Source: Acidimicrobiia bacterium (GTDB lineage Bacteria > Actinomycetota > Acidimicrobiia > Acidimicrobiales > JANYDT01). From it: a stretch of 64,000 nucleotides of DNA. A program made the translations under genes and the position numbers. The notes under the pieces were generated by a model. The model ran no database searches and had not been told where the DNA came from. It saw only the letters and a list, made by a program, of their open reading frames with translations. The stretch spans positions 39,252-103,251 of the forward strand of contig JANNBN010000063.1 of NCBI GenBank assembly GCA_031385545.1, in the 5' to 3' direction. Position 1 is the stretch's first letter. Each line of letters opens with the position of its first letter. Shown piece by piece: positions 17,478 through 29,119 of the stretch.

Positions 17478-18320
17478 TTACAAGACGATTCGTCGCAGCA
17501 GGCCGATCGTCGGTTCACATCGTTGGGCTAAGTCCCGAACGTCGTCGTGCGCCTCCATCCCGTGCGGGACGAACCCCCGGATGCCGAGCGCTGCCCGAGA
17601 TACAGCCAAGGTGGGGGCCGCAGCCACTCCGACCAATACTTCTCGGAGTATGTCGACCGGCCCTCTGCGTGAAGTGAACAGGGGTGTCACAGCCACCTCT
17701 GGCCCACGACCAATCACCCGCAGGCCACGAACGCAGTCCGATCGTACGCGCGAAAGCAGTGTGAACGTCCACGCGTCGATCGACGCCAGATCCGCCGTGC
17801 CGTTCTGCAGTGCGAGCAGACTGGCTGCGTGCGAGCCGGTGACCAACACCGGCACCTCGTTGATCAGCAGGTCGTCGTCGAGGCCCGGTTCAGCGTGCAG
17901 AAACGAAGCCAGCGAGACCCAGCCCGACAATGAGTCCGGGCCGTTCGCGCACAGCCGCAACCCGGAACGAGCGAAGGATCGGAGATCATCTGCACGCGTA
18001 TCATCCGCGCGGGCCACGATGACACTGCGGTACCACCCCGGCCGACCCGGCTCATCCACCATGGTCGCCCACGAGCCCAAGATGTCGACTTTGCCGTCGA
18101 GCACTGTGACGGCCGGGTGTCCGCAGGTGTGGCTGAGGATGAGCGACGGGTCAAGCCAGTGTTCGCGTAGCGGCAGCAATTCGCGGCTCAGATCGTCAGG
18201 GGCATCGACGCCACTTGCCCGCAGTGCGACCCGAATTGCGGCCCACAGCGCGTCCGTGTGCGCCCGCAGCTCCGGAAAGTCGTACATCGGGAGCGAGGCT
18301 GTCCGAGGCACAACGGTCAT
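17478..18320 (-). CDS. PhnD/SsuA-like substrate-binding-fold protein, no signal peptide
   Basis: LPMYDFPELRAHTDALW... matches the orphan cytoplasmic PhnD-like (COG3221-type) family. No ABC partner genes are adjacent. The start is set at MTVVPRT (18320). Confidence 0.7.
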   Translation of the reverse strand: MTVVPRTASLPMYDFPELRAHTDALWAAIRVALRASGVDAPDDLSRELLPLREHWLDPSLILSHTCGHPAVTVLDGKVDILGSWATMVDEPGRPGWYRSVIVARADDTRADDLRSFARSGLRLCANGPDSLSGWVSLASFLHAEPGLDDDLLINEVPVLVTGSHAASLLALQNGTADLASIDAWTFTLLSRVRSDCVRGLRVIGRGPEVAVTPLFTSRRGPVDILREVLVGVAAAPTLAVSRAALGIRGFVPHGMEAHDDVRDLAQRCEPTIGLLRRIVL

Positions 18321-18421
18321 GTCACAACGTACCGCTCCAGGAACCTGCTGGGCTTGCAGTGGTAACTGACGTGCAGCGAATCCCGCGCACGAGTCGCTGC
18401 CACGAACAGAGCTTCGGATTT

Positions 18422-18508
18422 CGCGCAACACGCAAAGACCTATTTGCTCTCGGGCGGGTCGATTCGAAGCTTTTGGGTGTTGCGCGGAGGGCGTTTGCGT
18501 GTTGCGCG
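18422..18508. repeat. Perfect 15-bp inverted repeat CGCGCAACACGCAAA (18422-18436) / TTTGCGTGTTGCGCG (18494-18508), plus an extra partial arm GTGTTGCGCG at 18477-18486
   Basis: Read directly. It lies in the 209-bp gap between two minus-strand genes. Confidence 0.88.
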
Positions 18509-18529
18509 CAGCACCCTGAGCGCCAGTTC

Positions 18530-19492
18530 TCAGCAGCGTGGGATAGAGGGGTCGGCGGTCGCGCCTGGGTACACCGGCGAGTCGATCGTGCGCACACCGT
18601 ATTGGCGGGCCAGCTCGAGATAGCCGCTGTACAGACCTGCGCCACGCACGGCCAACTCATTGGCGTCGATGGAACGGGCGAAACGGGGCAACTCGTACCA
18701 GGGGACCGACATCCGGGCGTGGTGCGCCGCATGCAGATTGTTGTTCAGGAACAGCAGCCCGAGCGGCGCCACCGTGTGCACCATTGCGGTGCGCGGACGG
18801 CCATCGGGGGTCCAGCGGTGCTCGGCGAACGAGCGAAGCTGCACACCCGCTATCGCCACACAGATGCACCAGAAATACGTGAACGCCGAGAACCGGACGT
18901 AGGCCAGCCACACAACCGTCAGCAGCACGAAAGGAGCATGGCCCAGCCACCGTCGACGCGGACACCCTTCACCCGGCATCCGCTCCCCCGTCACGGCCTG
19001 GCGTGCCTGATCCGCTGTGTAGCCGATGAGCGTCAGGAACGGACCAAGCAGCAGGCGGCCGAGCAGCGTGTGATGCGCCAACAGCACGTGTCGCATGACC
19101 GGCCCGGTCGCAGCCCACCTGTCGGCTGTAACGTAGAAGCTCTCTGCATCGATCGTCGGGTCCGTGAGGTACTGGTCTCGGTGGTGCAGCAGATGTGTTC
19201 GGCGGTAGTGCTCGAACGGCGTGAACAGATCGAGCGTGGTGCGCCCGATCAATCGATTGACCCGGCCCCACTTGGTGGGATGACCGTGGATGACCTCGTG
19301 CTGCAGCGACCCGTGCCAGGTGATGACCGCGCCGAGAAGAGGGATGAGCAGCCACGTGGGCACCGACGCATGGAACCACGTCAGCAAACCGTACGAACCG
19401 AACACACCCCCGACGACGGCCATCGTTGGCCATTCGACCGCGCCCGTAGCCGCCAGGGCGGTCGAGCGTCCGGTGAACTCCATTTGATTCAA
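18530..19492 (-). CDS. Membrane fatty-acid desaturase family protein
   Basis: Three histidine boxes (HEVIHGH, HLLHHRD, HAAHHA) in a polytopic membrane protein of 320 aa. Confidence 0.88.
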   Translation of the reverse strand: MNQMEFTGRSTALAATGAVEWPTMAVVGGVFGSYGLLTWFHASVPTWLLIPLLGAVITWHGSLQHEVIHGHPTKWGRVNRLIGRTTLDLFTPFEHYRRTHLLHHRDQYLTDPTIDAESFYVTADRWAATGPVMRHVLLAHHTLLGRLLLGPFLTLIGYTADQARQAVTGERMPGEGCPRRRWLGHAPFVLLTVVWLAYVRFSAFTYFWCICVAIAGVQLRSFAEHRWTPDGRPRTAMVHTVAPLGLLFLNNNLHAAHHARMSVPWYELPRFARSIDANELAVRGAGLYSGYLELARQYGVRTIDSPVYPGATADPSIPRC

Positions 19493-19602
19493 TTCAACGG
19501 CAGATCACGAGATGCGCTCAAGGGTGATATGTGCAACAATTCAACACACGTGTTGTACTTCCACAGCAATCGTCGTACTTACACCATGTTCTGACAACCT
19601 GA

Positions 19603-20454
19603 ATGATTCACGCGACCCACATCCACTCCCGCTTCGCCGCTCGCCTGCGCACCGCAGTGGATCGGCGCGGTATCACCCAGGCCGAACTGGCTGACGAAGC
19701 CGGCATCGATCGCAGCAGCCTGTCGCAGTTCATGTCGGCCAACTCCGGCCGCTTCCCGCGCGCCGAAACGCTCGCAGCCCTCGCCCGAACGCTCGACACC
19801 TCACTGGACTGGTTGCTCGGCCTCACCGACGAAGACCCGGCTGCAACCCGCACGGCGCTGGTCGACGAATCACTCGCCTTCGAAAATGCGTCACACGACC
19901 CGGTAGACGAACAACTGGTGGGTTGGCTCAGCGAATCGCGCGGCGACAAGATCCGCTACGCACCCGCCACCCTGCCAGACCTGCTGAAGACCGACGCCGT
20001 CATCCGCCACGAACGCATGGCAACTGTCGGTCCCGAGGTCCGCATCGAGAACGCAGCGATCAAGCTCGCCTGGCAGCGCACGCCCGAGGCCGACGTGGAA
20101 TGCGTCAACAGCGTGCAGTCCCTCGAGGCGCTCGCCCGCGGCGAAGACATCTGGCGCACGCTGTCACCGGCGCGTCGAGCCGAGCAACTTGAGCGCATGG
20201 CCACCTTCGCCGAAGAGCTGTACCCCGCGTTCCGGTGGTTCCTCATCGACCGCCGCCAGCGCTACGCCGCGCCCATCACCATCTTCGGCAAGCGTCGCGC
20301 CGCGCTCTACATCGGCGGGCAGTACGTGGTGTTCAACTCGCCGGCACACGTTGTCGCGCTGGCAGCCCACTTCGACAACCATCTGCGCGCTGCGATTGTT
20401 GAACCCCGTCAGGTTCCTAACCGTATTCGCCGTCTGATCAATTTGGTGAAGTAA
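19603..20454 (+). CDS. XRE-family HTH transcriptional regulator with ~200-aa C-terminal domain
   Basis: N-terminal HTH_3 motif (ITQAELADEAGIDRSSLSQFMS...). It is divergent from the desaturase gene across an AT-rich 110-bp region. Confidence 0.8.
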   Translation: MIHATHIHSRFAARLRTAVDRRGITQAELADEAGIDRSSLSQFMSANSGRFPRAETLAALARTLDTSLDWLLGLTDEDPAATRTALVDESLAFENASHDPVDEQLVGWLSESRGDKIRYAPATLPDLLKTDAVIRHERMATVGPEVRIENAAIKLAWQRTPEADVECVNSVQSLEALARGEDIWRTLSPARRAEQLERMATFAEELYPAFRWFLIDRRQRYAAPITIFGKRRAALYIGGQYVVFNSPAHVVALAAHFDNHLRAAIVEPRQVPNRIRRLINLVK

Positions 20455-21721
20455 CAGCGCTGCTTGAGATTCGCCGGCCTCCGACAACCTGCAAGTCACC
20501 GCCCACATACACGCGGTCGACCTGGTTGTAACCGAAACGGTTGATCACCTGGCCGTGCTCAGCTGCGTTCCACACCACGATGTCCGCCCGCGCTCCCGGC
20601 AGCAGGCAACCTGCATCACCGGAAAGGTCAAGCGACGCTGCCGCGTTGCAGGTGGCTGCGTTCCATGCCTCGGCGTAGCTCATGCGGTAGATGCGGGCTG
20701 CGCATTGCAAGACCATCTGCATGCTTATGGTTGGGCATGTGCCAGGGTTGTAGTCGGTAGCAACGGCAATGACAGAGCCCGAGTCGATCAATCTCCGGCA
20801 CCACGGCCCCACGTGCGGCCCACCCTCCAGCATGTGGAACGTGACTGCCGGAAGCACGATGCCGACAGTGTCGGATGCGGCCAGCGCTGTCAGGTCAGCG
20901 GTGGAGATGTGCTCAAGATGGTCGACGCTGCGCGCGCCCAACTCGACGCCAAGGCCGACTGCACCTGCCGACCCGGTTTGATCTGCGTGCAGACGGATCT
21001 TCATTCCGACCGCCAGCGCAGCCTGCGCCATCCGACGTGTCTCGTCCGGCGTGAACGCAATCGGGTCGCACCAGACGTCGAACCAATCGCACTCACCTCG
21101 AACCCGGTCGATCATCGAAATGACGAGGTCGATGTACTCCGAACGCCGATCCGCATACTCCGCGGGCACCACATGAGCACCGAGGTAGGTGGTGATGACG
21201 TCGATGGGATGCTGCAACCCATTTGCGATGCACAACAGCCGCAGCTCGGTCTCGACGTCGAGGCCGTACCCGGTCTTCGTTTCGAACACTGTGGTGCCGT
21301 GTTCCAGCGCAATGTCCAGGAGCCCAACAGCCTCGGCGCGCATCGCCTCGTCGGATGCCTCGCGCGTCCGTGCGATCGACCAGCGGATGCCACCATCGAT
21401 CCCGTGCTTCGGCACCCCGGTGGCCCTCGCCTCCCACTCCACATGTCGCGGCCCGGCGTGCACCAAGTGCGCATGTGAATCGACGAACCCCGGCGATACC
21501 AGCCGCCCGCGTGCATCAAACGTCTCGTGAGCGGTCCAGGCAGCGACGATGTCAGCCGTAGCGCCAACTGCAGCGACCCGCCCGTCCACAAGAGCAACCG
21601 CTCCATCCGGCACGAGGTTCAGCCCGCCAAGGGCACTCCCCCGCAACGGCGAGGCCGACCCGACGATCAGTTCCGACGCATTCACAATAAGCAGATCGGC
21701 GTGTTGAACCATCACCGCCAT
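20438..21721 (-). CDS. hutI: Imidazolonepropionase
   Basis: VDSHAHLV, HADQ and ATDYNPGTCP are amidohydrolase/HutI motifs. The start is set at MAVMVQHADLLIV (21721; 21712 is also possible). The 159-codon upstream extension of the ORF track is unsupported. Confidence 0.9.
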   Translation of the reverse strand: MAVMVQHADLLIVNASELIVGSASPLRGSALGGLNLVPDGAVALVDGRVAAVGATADIVAAWTAHETFDARGRLVSPGFVDSHAHLVHAGPRHVEWEARATGVPKHGIDGGIRWSIARTREASDEAMRAEAVGLLDIALEHGTTVFETKTGYGLDVETELRLLCIANGLQHPIDVITTYLGAHVVPAEYADRRSEYIDLVISMIDRVRGECDWFDVWCDPIAFTPDETRRMAQAALAVGMKIRLHADQTGSAGAVGLGVELGARSVDHLEHISTADLTALAASDTVGIVLPAVTFHMLEGGPHVGPWCRRLIDSGSVIAVATDYNPGTCPTISMQMVLQCAARIYRMSYAEAWNAATCNAAASLDLSGDAGCLLPGARADIVVWNAAEHGQVINRFGYNQVDRVYVGGDLQVVGGRRISSSAVTSPN

Positions 21722-21850
21722 TCTGCCCGTCCCGGCTTCCGGGAGGACCATCCGTCTGGAAACCGTCTTCTTGGGCGGTTTCGTGACAGATGCACCTGCC
21801 ACGGTAACTGGGCCTTTGTCCGCCACGGGTTGAAGCCGTAACCTCAGGTT

Positions 21851-23993
<2,143 letters not shown>

Positions 23994-23998
<5 letters not shown>

Positions 23999-24035
23999 TT
24001 CAGCGGCGACGCAGGCTGATTCAGCGGCGACGCAG
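23994..24035. repeat. Perfect 21-bp tandem duplication (GCTGATTCAGCGGCGACGCAG x2)
   Basis: Read directly. The first unit contains the mutB stop (TGA 23996-23998). The second unit contains the stop of the convergent DUF2079 gene (TCA 24021-24023). Confidence 0.9.
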
Positions 24036-25556
24036 GAGCAGCACGCCGTCTTCGTCCAGCACGGTGTCGAACGCACCGCTCGCCCGCACTTCGTTCAGAA
24101 CTACACGGTGGCGATCGGAAAGCTGGTCCGGCTGCAGCAGCACCCAATCGACATCGGTGGGCTTGGCAGCATCGGCCTGACTGCTGCCGTAGATCATCCA
24201 CCCGAACGGGTTCGGGAAGTCGTAAAGCGCACGGCGGTGCGACAGATGCGGCGCAATGTTGTCCGCTGCCGCCACACGTGCATCTGACGGCACCATCGCA
24301 ACCGCACGGTCCAGTGTTGCCCGCGCCGGCTCGGCTAACTTCCAGTTCCACGCCGCAAGGCTTCCCGGTAGCGGACCGCGCACGAAAGCAGCCGACACCG
24401 AGCACAGCAGAACCCACCCCAGGAGCACCCGCCCCACCGCACGACGGCGGCGCCATGCTCCCGCCAGCACCTCAACGGTTGCGAGCATCAGGCCGGGCAG
24501 CATCAGCGCCGTGTACTGGAAGCGAATGTCGCGCACGTACGGGCTATCCGCCGCAATCGCGGCGACCATCTGAGGGAGTGCGCTCAGGCTGGAAATACCC
24601 AGCAACGGAAGCCCGCCGAGTGGAAGGAACAAGTCCAACAGATAGGTCCGGGACTGCGGCTCGGCCGTCAGCGACGCCATGGTCCCGGGATGAGTTGCAA
24701 GATGAACGGCGACCTCTGACATCGTGGTTCCGAAGCGCGCATAGAAACGATCGATGTAATACACGTCGCGCCCCAGTGCCGTCGGAATCAGCCAACGAGA
24801 GCACACGAAGAACCAGCCAAGGCCCGACGCGAAGGTAACCAACCCGGCAACTGCATCGCTGCGCACTCCACGATGCGGTCCTGAGCGGAACCGAGCAACC
24901 GCGGCGCCGATCATCAACGCCACACCAAGCATGGCCACAATCAGCCCTGCGTCTTCGCGGCAACTGAGCGCCAACCCGATGCACAATGCGAGCCGACCAT
25001 AGCGACGGGTGCGGGCAAACCACACGGCGAACAGCAGCGGGGTGACCGCAAGCGCTTCAGGATGAAAGCTCACCCAGCCCAGCCACCCGAGCGCCGGGTG
25101 CAACAGGTACGCCGCAGCACACGCGCCGCCGAGACCGGCCGAACCAGATCGTGTTCGGCCCAGCCACGCGACCGGCAGCGCGCCAGCGGCAAGTACAACC
25201 GCCTGCACGACGATCAGAAACTCGGCCGACATACCCAGCCGTGCAAACGGAGCCAGCAGCAGGAACACTGCATTGACGTGGTGTCCCCACACGGGCATGC
25301 CGCGCATGCTGATGAAGCTCGACGACGAGACGCCGTCGCGGCCGATCAGCCACCAAACCTGGTCGTAGATGCCGAAGTCGAATCCCCAGCTGCCGTAGTT
25401 CCGATGCTGAGCAATCGCAAGCGAAGCGATACCCAGCGCCCATATCATTGCTGCGATGCCGACAGCACAAGTCAGGGCCGACACGCGTCGCTGCGTACCT
25501 GGCTGAACGGTTCGCATGTTCGGATGAAGACTCGGCTCGGTATGGAAGGTCGTCAT
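24021..25556 (-). CDS. DUF2079-family polytopic membrane protein (paralog 1)
   Basis: N-terminal block HRNYGSWGFDFGIYDQVWWLIGR...MPVWGHHVNAVFLL, about 10 TM helices and a soluble C-terminal domain, which is the pattern I associate with DUF2079. Confidence 0.78.
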   Translation of the reverse strand: MTTFHTEPSLHPNMRTVQPGTQRRVSALTCAVGIAAMIWALGIASLAIAQHRNYGSWGFDFGIYDQVWWLIGRDGVSSSSFISMRGMPVWGHHVNAVFLLLAPFARLGMSAEFLIVVQAVVLAAGALPVAWLGRTRSGSAGLGGACAAAYLLHPALGWLGWVSFHPEALAVTPLLFAVWFARTRRYGRLALCIGLALSCREDAGLIVAMLGVALMIGAAVARFRSGPHRGVRSDAVAGLVTFASGLGWFFVCSRWLIPTALGRDVYYIDRFYARFGTTMSEVAVHLATHPGTMASLTAEPQSRTYLLDLFLPLGGLPLLGISSLSALPQMVAAIAADSPYVRDIRFQYTALMLPGLMLATVEVLAGAWRRRRAVGRVLLGWVLLCSVSAAFVRGPLPGSLAAWNWKLAEPARATLDRAVAMVPSDARVAAADNIAPHLSHRRALYDFPNPFGWMIYGSSQADAAKPTDVDWVLLQPDQLSDRHRVVLNEVRASGAFDTVLDEDGVLLLRRR

Positions 25557-27151
25557 CGGCCGCCCGCTACCCGACGAGCCAACATGACACCGTCTTCTTC
25601 GAACACCACTTCGAAGGTTCGATCTTGGATCAGCAGGTCGAAGTCAGATTCGAATCGGCCCAGCGCTCCCCGCTCGACGAGTATCCAATCAACAGACGAT
25701 CCGTTTCGCGCCTGAGGCGCTTCTGTCCCAGCTGGGTCCCCCAGGGCGAACTCGCCGTAGAACCACCGGACAATCGGATTGGGGAATTGATAGATGGCCG
25801 AGCGGTGCGAGAGGTGAGGCACCAGATTTCCCATCGCACTTACTGACGCGTCGTCAGGAATCATCCGAATCGCCCGGTCGAACACATCTCGTCGAGGTTC
25901 GGCCGTCTTCCATATCCGGTTGACAGACCACGGAGCTGGGCTGCGAAGGATCGACGTCCCGACGGACAGCGCCACCATCACCGTGAGCGCAACCCGTCCG
26001 ACCCGACGGGGCCACAGCCATCGGACAGCTTCGATCGCGCCGAGGAAAATGCCGGCGATCAGGATCGCTGGATAGTGGGATTGGATGCTCTGCGAGTGCT
26101 CGTTCGAACTCATGAGCAGTCCCAGGAGCGGGCCGGCGCTCATCAGCACAGGAACCCCCAACAGCGGAAGGAAACCGAGCGGGGCGAACAGGTCAACGAG
26201 GAACGTGCTGCGGTGCCCACTCGAAATAAGGCCACGCGACAGCGCCGGATCCGTCAACAGGTTCTTCGCTATCTCGCCGTACGAGTCACCGTACCGCCCG
26301 TAGAACGTACCGAGGTAGAACGGTTGACCGCCGAGCGCACCAGGAATGATTATCCGCGCGCAGATGATGAACCAGGCGCCGCTGACCGCTGCAACGGCCA
26401 ACGCGTGAAGCGCAAGACGGCAATCACGATTGCGGAGCGCTTCGACCAAAAGGACCACCCCAAACCCGCCGATCGCTATCGACACTTCCTCTCGACACGC
26501 CAACGCCAGCACCGCTGACAACCACATGGGTACAAACCGACGTCGATGTGCGAACCACGCCATCAGCAGCATCGGAAGTGGCGCCAGCACTTCCGGATGA
26601 AAGTAAAAAAACGCAAAGAAGATGTTGGCCGGGTAGAGGAGGTAGACAACGGCCATGGCGAGGCCTGCTTCCGCCGACCCGGTCTTACTCCGGGTCAGCC
26701 AGGCTACCGGGACAGCGCCAAGAAAGACCAGAATGGTCTGCATCGCGGAGAACCACATGACTCCTGCGCCCAGCCTTGTCAGCGGAGAGAGTGCGATCAG
26801 GATTGGGTTGACATGATGTCCCCAAACTGGAAGGCCTCGCGAGGTCAGGAACGGTGAGGAGAACGGGCCCCTTCCCAACAACCAAGTTGCCTGGTCGTAC
26901 AGTCCCACGTCGTAGCCGTAGGTGCCGTAATTGACGTGCTGGCGATATTGCAGCGCAATCATCGCCGCCGATTCCAAGGCGACGAGCAGCACCACGATTC
27001 TCGTGAGCCTGCCGTTCAGCCACGCGCCCATCCGAGGTGTCCACACCTGCCTCGACGTCGCCGATGAAGGTTGGTCATGCAGCAGATCGGGGGCTTCATA
27101 AGCACATGCAGCATCCGCGAGGCCAGAACCTCGAGTCACCGTTGACGCCAT
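25553..27151 (-). CDS. DUF2079-family polytopic membrane protein (paralog 2)
   Basis: Collinear similarity to the downstream paralog (HVNYGTYGYDVGLYDQATWLLGR...LPVWGHHVNPILI). A 4-bp ATGA overlap with it suggests one operon. Confidence 0.78.
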   Translation of the reverse strand: MASTVTRGSGLADAACAYEAPDLLHDQPSSATSRQVWTPRMGAWLNGRLTRIVVLLVALESAAMIALQYRQHVNYGTYGYDVGLYDQATWLLGRGPFSSPFLTSRGLPVWGHHVNPILIALSPLTRLGAGVMWFSAMQTILVFLGAVPVAWLTRSKTGSAEAGLAMAVVYLLYPANIFFAFFYFHPEVLAPLPMLLMAWFAHRRRFVPMWLSAVLALACREEVSIAIGGFGVVLLVEALRNRDCRLALHALAVAAVSGAWFIICARIIIPGALGGQPFYLGTFYGRYGDSYGEIAKNLLTDPALSRGLISSGHRSTFLVDLFAPLGFLPLLGVPVLMSAGPLLGLLMSSNEHSQSIQSHYPAILIAGIFLGAIEAVRWLWPRRVGRVALTVMVALSVGTSILRSPAPWSVNRIWKTAEPRRDVFDRAIRMIPDDASVSAMGNLVPHLSHRSAIYQFPNPIVRWFYGEFALGDPAGTEAPQARNGSSVDWILVERGALGRFESDFDLLIQDRTFEVVFEEDGVMLARRVAGGR

Positions 27152-27213
27152 GACTTGTTCTTCGGCCCCGCAGTGCTCACCCTTGAGCGTCCCTGGCTGG
27201 GTAGCGTGGCGAC

Positions 27214-28170
27214 GTGACAGCCGTTGACAGACGTTCCCTCGCCAAGGCGATCACCCTCGTGGAGTCCACCCGGCCGGACCATCGTGTGCAGGCTCAGCGG
27301 CTAGTCGGAGACGCACTGCGTCTCTCCGGCCGGGCCGTACGAATCGGGATTTCCGGCACCCCGGGCGTTGGCAAGTCGACGTTCATCGAGGCGTTCGGGC
27401 TCTTTCTCTGCTCGCTCGGCCACCGTGTCGCCGTGTTGGCCATCGACCCTTCGTCATCCCGCCATGGCGGGTCCATCCTGGGCGACAAGACCCGCATGCC
27501 CAACCTCGCGGTTCATCCGGACGCGTTCATCCGCCCATCACCGTCCGGCGGCACCCTCGGTGGTGTTGCGAGACGCACCCGCGAATCGATGCTGCTCTGC
27601 GAGGCCGCTGGTTTCGACGTGATCATCGTCGAAACGGTAGGCGTTGGTCAGTCCGAGACCGCAGTTGCGAATTTCACCGATGCGTTCGTGCTGCTGATGG
27701 CTCCCGCCGGCGGCGACGAGTTACAAGGTGTCAAGCGCGGGATCATGGAACTGGCCGACGTGCTGGTTGTGAACAAGGCCGACGGTGCCCTCCTCCCCAT
27801 CGCCACGGCCACGCTTGCGGAATACTCATCGGCGCTGCGCCTGCTGCGACCTCGATCAAAGGATTGGACGCCGGTTGCGCTCCCGGCCAGTGGGCTGAAC
27901 GGAACCGGCATCGCCGAGGTATGGGCCACGGTGCAGCGATACCGCGACACGCTGACGGCTACCGGCGAATTGGCGAGTCGCCGCAAGCAGCAGAACGTGT
28001 CCTGGCTGTGGGACGAGCTGCAGGAACGCGTGCTTGCATCGTTCAAGTCCGATCCTGCAGTTGCCACTGCGCTGCGGTCGGTCGAAGAACGTGTGCGGGT
28101 AGGTTTGCAGCCCCCGGGCGAAGCCGCCGACGAACTGCTGCACCGGTGGCGGATCCCCACGAGCAAATGA
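27214..28170 (+). CDS. meaB: Methylmalonyl-CoA mutase-associated G-protein chaperone MeaB/ArgK
   Basis: LAKAITLVES, P-loop GISGTPGVGKST, VETVGVGQSE and NKAD motifs. GTG start. Confidence 0.92.
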   Translation: MTAVDRRSLAKAITLVESTRPDHRVQAQRLVGDALRLSGRAVRIGISGTPGVGKSTFIEAFGLFLCSLGHRVAVLAIDPSSSRHGGSILGDKTRMPNLAVHPDAFIRPSPSGGTLGGVARRTRESMLLCEAAGFDVIIVETVGVGQSETAVANFTDAFVLLMAPAGGDELQGVKRGIMELADVLVVNKADGALLPIATATLAEYSSALRLLRPRSKDWTPVALPASGLNGTGIAEVWATVQRYRDTLTATGELASRRKQQNVSWLWDELQERVLASFKSDPAVATALRSVEERVRVGLQPPGEAADELLHRWRIPTSK

Positions 28171-28228
28171 AACGCCGACCTGACCGGTACTTGTACTTTA
28201 CTTGTATTTGTTTGGTGAATCTGGTTGA

Positions 28229-29059
28229 GTGGCGTTCGTGACTACCCAGCCGTCGACAGGCAAGCCAGTATGGGACCCGGCGCAGTACGACCGGTTCGCC
28301 GACGAACGCGGCCGCCCGTTCGTCGATCTGACAGCGCGCATACGAACTGTCGACCCGCGAGTTGTAATCGATCTCGGCTGTGGGCCTGGCCATCTCACCG
28401 CCACGCTCGCTGTGCGCTGGCCCGATGCACAGGTCATCGGAGTCGATAACGATCAGGCGATGTTGCACGTGGCCAACGCGTTGGTCGGCGGCGGAGACGC
28501 ACCGGTCAATCTGCGTTTCGAACACGGCGACATCGGCACCTGGCAGCCGGACACGCAGGTTGACGTGATCGTTACCAACGCAGCGTTGCAGTGGCTGCCG
28601 GCACACCTGGCTCTGTTGCCCCGGCTGGTGGACGCCCTCGCTCCTGGCGGTGCGCTGGCCCTGCAGGTGCCCGGTAACTTCGATGACGCGCATCATCTGG
28701 CCATCCGGCAGGTCATGGCGCGGCCTCGCTGGCGCGCAGCGCTGAGCGGCTTGCCCGAGCGGGTGCTGTCCTCCTATCCGGCCGTGGTGTACCAGGCCGA
28801 GTTGGCTCGGTTGGAATGCGACACCGACACCTGGGAAACAACATACGTACACGTACTGCATGGCACCGACCCAGTGCTGGAATGGGTCAAGGGCACTGCG
28901 CTGCGGCCTGTGCTGACCGCGTTGGGAAACGAGCGCGGGGCCGATTTCTGTCTGGAACTCGGCGAGCTGCTCCGCTCCTCGTTCGGCACCCACCCGTGGG
29001 GAACTCCGTTCCCCTTCAAGCGGATCTTCGCCGTCGCGCACCGCCCGTCCGGCGAGTGA
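28229..29059 (+). CDS. tam: Trans-aconitate 2-methyltransferase-like SAM methyltransferase
   Basis: WDPAQYDRFADERGRPFVDL N-terminus typical of Tam; SAM motif I VIDLGCGPG. Confidence 0.85.
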   Translation: MAFVTTQPSTGKPVWDPAQYDRFADERGRPFVDLTARIRTVDPRVVIDLGCGPGHLTATLAVRWPDAQVIGVDNDQAMLHVANALVGGGDAPVNLRFEHGDIGTWQPDTQVDVIVTNAALQWLPAHLALLPRLVDALAPGGALALQVPGNFDDAHHLAIRQVMARPRWRAALSGLPERVLSSYPAVVYQAELARLECDTDTWETTYVHVLHGTDPVLEWVKGTALRPVLTALGNERGADFCLELGELLRSSFGTHPWGTPFPFKRIFAVAHRPSGE

Positions 29060-29119
29060 CTTCCACCGAAGCCCCAACGGAGCAGCCTCACGGGACCAGC
29101 CACCGGTACGCTGGCTGAC

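Noticed and set aside
21722-21850. I looked for a cobalamin riboswitch upstream of the B12-dependent mutase gene, and similarly near meaB and the PduO gene.
   Set aside because: The region is only 129 bp and is shared with the divergent hutI promoter. I could find no B12-box-like sequence and no multi-stem architecture of the required length.
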